Assembly (NCBI GenBank): GCA_002085355.1
Contig: NATN01000037.1
Location: 1 to 46,353 of the forward strand
DNA length: 46,353 nucleotides
Reading direction: 5' to 3'
DNA from: Candidatus Zhuqueibacterota bacterium 4484_87
GTDB taxonomy: Bacteria > Zhuqueibacterota > Zhuqueibacteria > Thermofontimicrobiales > Thermofontimicrobiaceae
Each line of letters begins with the position of its first letter. Within the stretch, counting starts at the first letter, position 1. Position numbers and translations under genes: made by a program. The notes under the pieces were generated by a model. The model had not been told where the DNA came from. It did not search any database and saw only the letters and a program-made list of their open reading frames with translations. Below are positions 36,279 through 43,452 of this stretch, piece by piece.

Positions 36279-37594
36279 AATCGTACGTTGAGTCAATCAT
36301 TGCTTCGATGGCAATTGCTGCCACTCTGGGCGTGGTAGCGCCTCAGCTAAAAACATTACCTTTATCCATTGCGAGTGCGGGAATTATCGCTTCCATTATC
36401 GGCGTGCTTTATGTGCGCATTCGAGGCAGAAAAGATCCCCAGTCGGCTTTAATGGGTGGTACTTATATCAGCGCAATTCTGACGGCAATAGCCACTTATT
36501 TGATAGTTAAATATCAAGGCAGAAGTTTTGAGGACTTCAGTCTTATGGGACCCTTTTATGCGACGATTGCAGGTATCGTTTCCGGTGTGATTGTCGGATT
36601 TACCAGTGAGTATTTTACATCGAAAAATTATAAACCCGTCCGAACCTTGGCGGAGGAATCCCAGAGCGGGCCGGCGCTGACAGTTACAGGCGGAATGTCT
36701 GTAGGTATGCTTTCTACGGTCATCCCTGTTCTTGTGTTGAGCGGTGCGGTTTTATTAGCAGATTATTTTGCCGGAATTTACGGAATTGCTTTGGCTGCCT
36801 TTGGTATGCTGGCGACAACAGGCGTAATCGTTGCTGTTGATTCTTACGGGCCTATCGCTGACAATGCCGGCGGTATTGCAGAAATGGCGGAATTGGATCC
36901 TTCGGTACGGGAAATTACAGATAATCTGGATGCGGTAGGGAACACGACTGCCGCGATTGGCAAAGGATTTGCTATTGGGTCAGCGGCATTTGCTGCAATG
37001 GGACTTTTAGCGGCTTACATGAAATCAGCGGAAATTGAAGTCGCGGATATCAAAGATCCCAAAGTGCTCATCGGGCTTTTGATTGGTGGGATGTTGCCAT
37101 TTTTCTTTTCATCATTGCTGTTTAAAGCTGTGAGTAAATCTGCTTTTAAAATGATCGAAGAAGTAAGGCGGCAGTTCAAAGAAATTCCCGGCTTGATGGA
37201 GGGGAAAGCAATGCCGGACTCCGCGCGCTGCGTTGATATCAGCACAAAGGGGGCTATCCACGGTATGCTCATTCCTGGTTCTATTGCTATTTTGGCGCCT
37301 GTTTTAGTAGGGCTTTTTATCGGCAAAGAAACCCTGGCGGGTATGCTGGTCGGCTCGCTGGTGAGCGGGCTGATGCTGGGAATTCAGATGGCAAATTCCG
37401 GCGGCGCCTTGGATAATGCGAAAAAATATATTGAAGAAGGACATTTTGGCGGGAAAGGTTCAGACACGCACAAAGCAGCGGTGATCGGCGATACTGTAGG
37501 AGATCCGTTAAAGGACACAGTGGGCCCGTCAATAAATATTTTAATCAAGTTAATGAGCGTCATTTCATTAGTGCTGGCGCCATTATTTAAGTAA
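36149..37594 (+). CDS. hppA: Membrane-bound pyrophosphatase, C-terminal fragment (2 of 2)
   Basis: Homology in this frame already begins at about 36122 ([51 protein letters not shown]). Further motifs: [33 protein letters not shown] (the Ala here indicates the K+-dependent type), DNAKKYIE, and [11 protein letters not shown]. Confidence 0.9.
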   Translation: MGADLVGKVEAGIPEDDPRNPAVIADNVGDNVGDVAGLGADLLESYVESIIASMAIAATLGVVAPQLKTLPLSIASAGIIASIIGVLYVRIRGRKDPQSALMGGTYISAILTAIATYLIVKYQGRSFEDFSLMGPFYATIAGIVSGVIVGFTSEYFTSKNYKPVRTLAEESQSGPALTVTGGMSVGMLSTVIPVLVLSGAVLLADYFAGIYGIALAAFGMLATTGVIVAVDSYGPIADNAGGIAEMAELDPSVREITDNLDAVGNTTAAIGKGFAIGSAAFAAMGLLAAYMKSAEIEVADIKDPKVLIGLLIGGMLPFFFSSLLFKAVSKSAFKMIEEVRRQFKEIPGLMEGKAMPDSARCVDISTKGAIHGMLIPGSIAILAPVLVGLFIGKETLAGMLVGSLVSGLMLGIQMANSGGALDNAKKYIEEGHFGGKGSDTHKAAVIGDTVGDPLKDTVGPSINILIKLMSVISLVLAPLFK

Positions 37595-37620
37595 TTGGTA
37601 AAACAGGAGGTGACGGTAGT

Positions 37621-38127
37621 TTGAAAACGTACGAATCAGTAATTGTGATCGATTCGCTATTGAAAAGTGAGGAGATCGAAGCCATTATTGAGAAGGTAGA
37701 GCGAATCATAAATAATAATGGCGGACAGATTAAAGAGATCGATCGCTGGGGAAAGAAGCGGTTGGCTTATGAAATCAAAAAACGTCAATATGGCTATTAT
37801 GTTGAGTTCATTTTCACCGGGCCGAGCAACTTAATTCAAGTACTGGAAAAAGATTATGGTCTTGATGAAAATATTTTGCGTTATTTGACGGTGCATTTGA
37901 ACAAGAGAGCAATTGAGCACAAAGAGCGGGCAAAAATAGCACAGGGCCCAGAAAAGGCAAAACACACTACTGCTCCGCCGGCAAAAGAAAAAAGCGTAGC
38001 GCCGGAAGCGGAGCCAGAAGAACCAGTTGAGGCAGAGACAGAGAAGGCAGAAGCGAAAGAAGAAGAAGTGATTCCGGCAGCGGAGGACACTGGTGCCGTT
38101 GAAGAATCTACGGATGCGGAGAATTAG
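37621..38127 (+). CDS. rpsF: 30S ribosomal protein S6 with a long Ala/Glu-rich C-terminal extension
   Basis: YESVIVIDS, and [24 protein letters not shown] start after GGAGG. Confidence 0.9.
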   Translation: MKTYESVIVIDSLLKSEEIEAIIEKVERIINNNGGQIKEIDRWGKKRLAYEIKKRQYGYYVEFIFTGPSNLIQVLEKDYGLDENILRYLTVHLNKRAIEHKERAKIAQGPEKAKHTTAPPAKEKSVAPEAEPEEPVEAETEKAEAKEEEVIPAAEDTGAVEESTDAEN

Positions 38128-38202
38128 AAGCATGTATAGTTATGTGAATAGTTCTTTGTAAAATGTGACGATGTGACAATGATTTGAAAGAGGACATCGG
38201 AA

Positions 38203-38781
38203 ATGGCTAATTTGAAGATGCCAGATATAAATAATGTAATTATTGCTGGCAATTTGACATGTGACCCTTCTTTTCGCAAAACCAAAAATGGAACGCCGGT
38301 GGCAAATTTTTTTATTGCCTCTAATCGAAAATTTAAAGACAATAATGGAAATTGGCGTGAGAATGTGTGCTACATCGGAGTTGTTGCGTGGTATAAGTTA
38401 GCAGAAAGCTGCTATGAAAATATCAAGAAGGGCAGCGCAGTAATTGTCGATGGCGAGCTCCAAAGCCGGAGTTGGAAGAACCCCGATGGGACGAGCCATA
38501 ATGTAATCGAGATTAAAGCGCGAAGAATACAATTTTTAAACAAAAAAGCGATGCCTGAAGGTCTTGAATCTGATTTTGCTGATGTTGTTGAATCTGATGA
38601 GCCGGATGAGATCGATGTAATTGACAATGAAAACGATAACGCCCAAGTGGATTTTGGTCAGATCGAAGAACCGGCTCAAAAAGACGGTGAAGACACTTCA
38701 TTAGATGCAACCGACGAAACTCAAGACGATACCAATGAAGAAACAGATTTTGATTTTGGTTATCAAGATTTGGAGTTGTAA
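38203..38781 (+). CDS. ssb: Single-stranded DNA-binding protein
   Basis: OB-fold N-terminus (NNVIIAGNLTCDPSFRKTKNGTPVANFFIASNRKF, VDGELQSRSWKNPDG) and a long acidic tail ending DFDFGYQDLEL. Confidence 0.9.
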   Translation: MANLKMPDINNVIIAGNLTCDPSFRKTKNGTPVANFFIASNRKFKDNNGNWRENVCYIGVVAWYKLAESCYENIKKGSAVIVDGELQSRSWKNPDGTSHNVIEIKARRIQFLNKKAMPEGLESDFADVVESDEPDEIDVIDNENDNAQVDFGQIEEPAQKDGEDTSLDATDETQDDTNEETDFDFGYQDLEL

Positions 38782-38831
38782 TTTTCGAGGTACAGTGAAC
38801 TAAACCACAAAAAGTGAGGGAAAATTTAATT

Positions 38832-39053
38832 ATGATGAAGAAAAAAAGAGTCTGTCGCTTTTGCGAAGAAGACATCAAATATGTTGATTTTAAAGAGGTC
38901 AAAAGACTCGTGCGGTTTACCACGGAACAGGGGAAAATCATTCCCCGACGAACCTCAGGAACGTGCGCTAAACATCAACGTCAGCTTGTGAAAGCGATCA
39001 AGCGAGCGCGGCATTTGGCGCTGATTCCGTTTGTTTCCGAAATTACAAGATAG
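38832..39053 (+). CDS. rpsR: 30S ribosomal protein S18
   Basis: [60 protein letters not shown]. Confidence 0.95.
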   Translation: MMKKKRVCRFCEEDIKYVDFKEVKRLVRFTTEQGKIIPRRTSGTCAKHQRQLVKAIKRARHLALIPFVSEITR

Positions 39054-39079
39054 TAAACTTTAAACGTGCGAGGGCAAGA

Positions 39080-39523
39080 ATGAAAATAATTTTACGTAAA
39101 GATTTTGAAGGTGTTGGCAAAGCCGGCGAGCTTGTCACGGTCAAAGATGGTTATGCGAGAAATTTTTTGATCCCGCAGGGCATTGCTCTTAAGGCAGACG
39201 CCGCCGCCGTAAAACAGTTGGAAGCTGAAAGAAAAATGCAGGAAATGAAAGTTTCGCGCAGCAAAAAGGCTGCTGAGCAATTAGCAGAAGAGTTGGCGAA
39301 AGTATCCTGCACGGCAACGGTTACGGTGGGTGAAGAGGATAAAGTTTTTGGTTCCGTAACATCTCAGCAGATTGCCGATCTGTTGAAAGAAAAGGGCTAC
39401 GAAATCGACAAAAAGAAAATTCGGCTCGATGAACCGATAAAGGCTTTGGGCATTTATGATGTCGCAATTAAGCTGCACCCGGAAGTAGAGACGAAAATTA
39501 AGCTGTGGGTGGTCAAAGAGTAA
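39080..39523 (+). CDS. rplI: 50S ribosomal protein L9
   Basis: MKIILRKDFEGVGKAGELVTVKDGYARNFLIPQGIA, which completes the canonical S6-SSB-S18-L9 order. Confidence 0.95.
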   Translation: MKIILRKDFEGVGKAGELVTVKDGYARNFLIPQGIALKADAAAVKQLEAERKMQEMKVSRSKKAAEQLAEELAKVSCTATVTVGEEDKVFGSVTSQQIADLLKEKGYEIDKKKIRLDEPIKALGIYDVAIKLHPEVETKIKLWVVKE

Positions 39524-39652
39524 ATGTATCAGATCGGATACTTAAATTACGATATTAATTTTAATGATGATTGTCGTGCACAATTAACACATTATTCGGG
39601 AAAACTAATGTCTTCAAATGCGGAACTCCCTGAAAAAAGTGCATTGATATGA
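39524..39652 (+). CDS. Candidate 42-codon small ORF directly abutting the rplI stop (TAAATG), upstream of the operon terminator
   Basis: I read this by hand: MYQIGYLNYDINFNDDCRAQLTHYSGKLMSSNAELPEKSALI, then a stop. It fills the gap between the rplI stop (39523) and the terminator (39661). There is no clear RBS. It could be a chance open frame. Confidence 0.2.
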   Translation: MYQIGYLNYDINFNDDCRAQLTHYSGKLMSSNAELPEKSALI

Positions 39653-39660
39653 AAAATAAA

Positions 39661-39688
39661 AAAGACTGAGCTATCTCAGTCTTTTTTT
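39661..39688 (+). terminator. Rho-independent terminator of the rpsF-ssb-rpsR-rplI operon
   Basis: AAAGACTGAG-CTAT-CTCAGTCTTT is a perfect 10-bp stem followed by a T-run. Confidence 0.8.
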
Positions 39689-39889
39689 GTTAAAAAACGG
39701 CAAAATCAAAAAAAATCGTTGACTTTAATGGAAAATAATATTAAATTTTTTTAATAGTTTGCTGAAAATCGGTGCATCTTGTGCTGACGCGGCGAAAGCA
39801 GAAAATTACTATTTTTTTAGTCACAACAAACTAATTCCATCAATTTGATTCGTAACGTCAAGGCATAAAACGTGAGGGGAGGAGTATCC

Positions 39890-40081
39890 ATGGAAGGTAG
39901 GTATCCCGAATGTCTCAAATGTTCAACCGGAGTGCTGGTCCCATTGTCAGATTATGGTCGTGAAGGCTCGTCAATAATGTATAAAGCATGGGTGTGCACA
40001 AACCCTGAATGCGGGTTTAACATACGCATTGACAATGGCGAAGTAAGTATTGGCAAAACCATTGGGCAATCTTTTAAGTAA
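39890..40081 (+). CDS. Small zinc-ribbon protein (63 aa), function unknown
   Basis: The ATG at 39890 lies 7 nt after GGAGG. Two Cys pairs (CLKC and CTNPEC) about 35 residues apart fit a zinc ribbon. Confidence 0.55.
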   Translation: MEGRYPECLKCSTGVLVPLSDYGREGSSIMYKAWVCTNPECGFNIRIDNGEVSIGKTIGQSFK

Positions 40082-40170
40082 TTTGCTCAAATTTGCTAAA
40101 AGCTTCTAACCGAGAAGAGGGTAGCGGGAACTGCATTCCTGATGCCCTTTTTCAATTTTGAGAGCGGAAT

Positions 40171-41109
40171 ATGGGAATAAAAGAAAAAATATTTTTTAAT
40201 TTTAAGTATAAAGTCGTTGTTTTTTTGCTTTCGGTTTTGGTGTGGTTTTTTGTTAAAACGGAAGATAATTACAAATATACATTCAATATTCCCCTGCGTA
40301 TTGCCAATTTGGGAGAAAATCGCATTGTCCAGAACAAACTTCCCGAACAGATTGCCGTTAACTTATGGGGCAAGGGCAGAACTTTGCTCTCGTTCTGGCT
40401 GCGAAATGACATGGAATATGTCCTTGATTTGGGAAATGTTGTAGATTCGGCACAAATCATTCTTGATAAAACCAATATTCGCATGTTGCGTGAATCCAAC
40501 ATTGAAGTACTCAATGTTGTCAGTCCGCATCAGGTATTCGTTAAATTGGATCGGCTCATAAAAAAGCCTGTTCCGGTTAAATCTCAGTGCGAAATAGAAA
40601 CGCAGGCCGGGTACACAATCGTCGGAAAGGTGAAATTTGAACCGGATTCAGTGACGGTTCGGGGACCCGTGCGCAAGATGAAAGATATTCGCATGGTTCT
40701 CACGGAGAAAAGACAGTTTCTAAAAGTCAAACACGATTTGGAAAAATGGATCAAACTTATTCCGCCTGTTGCCGAATATGTGACCATTTCGCCGACTGAG
40801 GTGAAGCTTATTGCAGATATTCAGAAGTTGATGGAAAAGCCGATTCCTGAAATTCCGGTGGCAGTTATTAATGTGCCGCCTGGGGATACGATTGTTGTCA
40901 TTCCATCGACATTGTCTCTGGTTCTTGAAGGAGGCTCTGATCAGATTTTGAATGTTACTAAAGACGACATCAGAGTGTACATCGATTATGAAAAAGTCCA
41001 GCAGTCGCACGAAAAGGATCATCTGGCGTACATTGACCCTCCTCCGGGAACGAGCTATCGCGACGTGCATCCAACTCGGTTTAAAATTGTGGTTATGAAG
41101 AAAAAATAA
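40171..41109 (+). CDS. YbbR-like (CdaR-type) repeat protein with an N-terminal membrane anchor
   Basis: N-terminal TM (VVVFLLSVLVWFFV) followed by about four units of roughly 80 aa each, with the YbbR pattern (P..V.V.L.G......L, PDSVTVRGPVRKMKDI, PSTLSLVLEGGSDQILNVTKDDIRVYIDY). Confidence 0.6.
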   Translation: MGIKEKIFFNFKYKVVVFLLSVLVWFFVKTEDNYKYTFNIPLRIANLGENRIVQNKLPEQIAVNLWGKGRTLLSFWLRNDMEYVLDLGNVVDSAQIILDKTNIRMLRESNIEVLNVVSPHQVFVKLDRLIKKPVPVKSQCEIETQAGYTIVGKVKFEPDSVTVRGPVRKMKDIRMVLTEKRQFLKVKHDLEKWIKLIPPVAEYVTISPTEVKLIADIQKLMEKPIPEIPVAVINVPPGDTIVVIPSTLSLVLEGGSDQILNVTKDDIRVYIDYEKVQQSHEKDHLAYIDPPPGTSYRDVHPTRFKIVVMKKK

Positions 41110-41128
41110 ATGTTTTGAACGGAAGCAA

Positions 41129-42124
41129 ATGAAAATTTTAGCGATAGAAACTTCCTGTGATGAAACCGCAGCAGCGATTTACGACGGAAAGTCGTTGCTG
41201 TCCAATGTTGTTGCGTCGCAGACAGTGCACGAAGAATTTGGCGGCGTTGTACCGGAATTGGCGTCACGCGAACACATTCGAAATCTGATGCCTATTGTAC
41301 AGCGGGCATTTTCTGATGCAAACTCCCGTACCGAAGATGTCGATGCTGTCGCGGTTACGCAAGGCCCCGGTCTCATGGGATCTCTGCTGGTTGGGATAAA
41401 TTTTGCCAAAGGATTGGCATTTTCCAACGATCTGCCGCTCATTGGAGTCAATCATATTGAAAGTCACATGTTTGCCATTGAGCTGTCGGAAAATGTACCT
41501 ACTCCGTTTTTATCCCTTGTTGTTTCCGGCGGGCATACGCAATTAGTGCTGGTAAAAGAGTTTGGCGAATATCAATTGCTTGGTAAAACGCTGGATGACG
41601 CTGCAGGAGAAGCTTTTGACAAGGTGGCAAAAATGATGGAACTGGGCTATCCGGGTGGTCCGGTTATCGACAAATTAGCGAAACAGGGCGACGCCAATTT
41701 TGTCGCTTTTCCACGCGCGTTAATCAAAGAAAAAAATTACAATTTTAGTTTTAGCGGCCTGAAAACTTCTGTGCTCTACTATTTGAAAAATTTATCTACG
41801 GAGGAAAGACAACTCCATCTCAACGACATTGTAGCGAGTTTTCAAAAAGCGTTAGTAGATGTGTTGATAAAAAAAACGATTTTGGCGTCACGGGAGTTTC
41901 AGATCGATCGGTTGGTTTTAGCCGGTGGCGTGGCGCGAAACAGTTTTCTGCGCCAGGAATTCCAAAAGATTGCTGCCGCGGAGAACAAGCAAATTTTTAT
42001 TCCGGAACCGATTTTTTGCACGGACAACGCAGCAATGGTAGCTTATGTGGGCCATCGCAAATTTGAGCTGGGACAATTAGCTGATATGTCCATGACGCCT
42101 GTTCCCGGGATGAAGTTAATCTGA
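41129..42124 (+). CDS. tsaD: tRNA N6-adenosine threonylcarbamoyltransferase
   Basis: ILAIETSCDETAAAI, GVNHIESH, SGGHTQL, and DNAAM. Confidence 0.95.
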   Translation: MKILAIETSCDETAAAIYDGKSLLSNVVASQTVHEEFGGVVPELASREHIRNLMPIVQRAFSDANSRTEDVDAVAVTQGPGLMGSLLVGINFAKGLAFSNDLPLIGVNHIESHMFAIELSENVPTPFLSLVVSGGHTQLVLVKEFGEYQLLGKTLDDAAGEAFDKVAKMMELGYPGGPVIDKLAKQGDANFVAFPRALIKEKNYNFSFSGLKTSVLYYLKNLSTEERQLHLNDIVASFQKALVDVLIKKTILASREFQIDRLVLAGGVARNSFLRQEFQKIAAAENKQIFIPEPIFCTDNAAMVAYVGHRKFELGQLADMSMTPVPGMKLI

Positions 42125-42154
42125 AAATTTTACCCATGACTACCGAGAAAATAT

Positions 42155-42766
42155 ATGGCCGCGTTGTTTTTGACGATCTTTTGCTCCACAGCCATCGCCC
42201 TCATTTTGAAATACAATGAAATCAAAAGCGGAAATATTATCATTTTACTCGTTGGCAACTATTTTGTCGCAACGCTGATTGGTTTTTATTTTTTTCAAAA
42301 AAGTAGTGGTGACATTTCCCTCTTCACAGCATTGTTCGGATTGATGCTTTCTTTCATGTTTGTGTTTTCATTCTTTGCATTTGCCAAAGGGGTCAGAGCA
42401 GCCGGTACAGCACTGGCGTCGCTGAGCGCACGGCTGTCCGTATTGATCCCTGTCATTTTATCGATGATTGTTTTTGATGAGTTGCCGACCGTCTGGCAAG
42501 TCGCGGGTTTGTTTTTTGCCGTGTGGACAATTGTTGCCTTTTCCGTTTCATCGAAGAAAAATCCCCATCGCCGTTTGAGCCGCAACGACTATTTCTTTTT
42601 GGCTGCGTTGCTGATTGGAATAGGCCTTAACGATTTTTGCATGAAGATTTTTCAACAAGTTCAACCGATGTCAGAAAAGCCATTTTTCTTATTGATGATT
42701 TTCGGCTTTTCATTTTTCCTCACAGCAAGGCGCAGTTGCCGGGAATCATTGTTTTTCCGTCCGTAA
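42155..42766 (+). CDS. DMT/EamA-like transporter, N-terminal fragment (1 of 2); frame lost near 42713-42766
   Basis: About 7 TM segments. The end of the first EamA-like half reads ARLSVLIPVILSMIVFDELPTVWQVAGLFFAVWTIV. The tail after FGFSFF (LTARRSCRESLFFRP) looks non-native. Confidence 0.6.
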   Translation: MAALFLTIFCSTAIALILKYNEIKSGNIIILLVGNYFVATLIGFYFFQKSSGDISLFTALFGLMLSFMFVFSFFAFAKGVRAAGTALASLSARLSVLIPVILSMIVFDELPTVWQVAGLFFAVWTIVAFSVSSKKNPHRRLSRNDYFFLAALLIGIGLNDFCMKIFQQVQPMSEKPFFLLMIFGFSFFLTARRSCRESLFFRP

Positions 42767-42888
42767 ACGTGGGAATAATTTTAGGAACGGCAATTTTAGC
42801 GTGGCTCATTTTTCAAGAAAAACTGAATCGTTGGGGCATGTTTGCGCTTTTTCTTGGAATGGTCGCTGTCGTTTTGCTGGGAATTTAG
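42637..42888 (+). CDS. DMT/EamA-like transporter, C-terminal fragment (2 of 2)
   Basis: Only the last roughly 55 codons look native (AQLPGIIVFPSVNVGIILGTAILAWLIFQEKLNRWGMFALFLGMVAVVLLGI), which mirrors the end of the first half. Its stop overlaps the stop of the convergent S4 gene (TTAG). Confidence 0.55.
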   Translation: MHEDFSTSSTDVRKAIFLIDDFRLFIFPHSKAQLPGIIVFPSVNVGIILGTAILAWLIFQEKLNRWGMFALFLGMVAVVLLGI

Positions 42889-43304
42889 TGGCGGTTCTTA
42901 TTGCGAAATTTTTCCAGTTCACGCCGCTCCTTTTTGGTAGGGCGGCCTTTAAACTTGGGATGGCTCATGCGGGTTGACTTGTAAAAAAGACTACGGATAT
43001 CTTCAGCTTCTTTTTCTTCCTGAGTCGGTTCGTGTTCGTGGTAAAGTAGTTTTGCCAGGTCAGCCTTTATCGATTTGTTTACTATGTCCAGAACATCAAA
43101 CCGGCGCATACGCCATTTGTTTTTTACGCTGATTTTATCGCCGATTTTGATCACGCGGGAGGGTTTGGCAACGCGATCATTGACTTGAACTTTACCCTGC
43201 GAACAAGCTTCTGCCGCCTGGCTCCGCGTTTTGTAAATTCGGGCGATTTTTAACCATTTATCCAGCCGGATTGATTTGTCTTCATGCTCTGCCATTGAAC
43301 TCAA
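42885..43304 (-). CDS. S4-domain RNA-binding protein (Hsp15/HslR-like)
   Basis: IRLDKWLKIARIYKTRSQAAEACSQGKVQVNDRVAKPSRVIKIGDKISV is an S4 alpha-L motif. The C-terminal tail is basic. Confidence 0.8.
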   Translation of the reverse strand: MSSMAEHEDKSIRLDKWLKIARIYKTRSQAAEACSQGKVQVNDRVAKPSRVIKIGDKISVKNKWRMRRFDVLDIVNKSIKADLAKLLYHEHEPTQEEKEAEDIRSLFYKSTRMSHPKFKGRPTKKERRELEKFRNKNRH

Positions 43305-43452
43305 ACTCCGAAAGTTTATCTACCACACACGTCTAATATAGCAACTAAATTCTTCAGAAACAACAAAAAAATGGTTTCAAAATTTAATTGCATCTTTTAT
43401 GAGATATTTGTAAATTACAAAGTAAATTAAAAGCAAGGATTTTAGTATCACA

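Noticed and set aside
12276-42766. Programmed ribosomal frameshifting as the explanation for the three split genes.
   Set aside because: - PgpH junction: there is no X_XXY_YYZ heptamer or downstream structure.
- hppA junction: conserved residues are physically missing, so slippage cannot restore the protein.
- DMT junction: the site is a plain T5 run (A_TTT_TTC), which fits an indel better.
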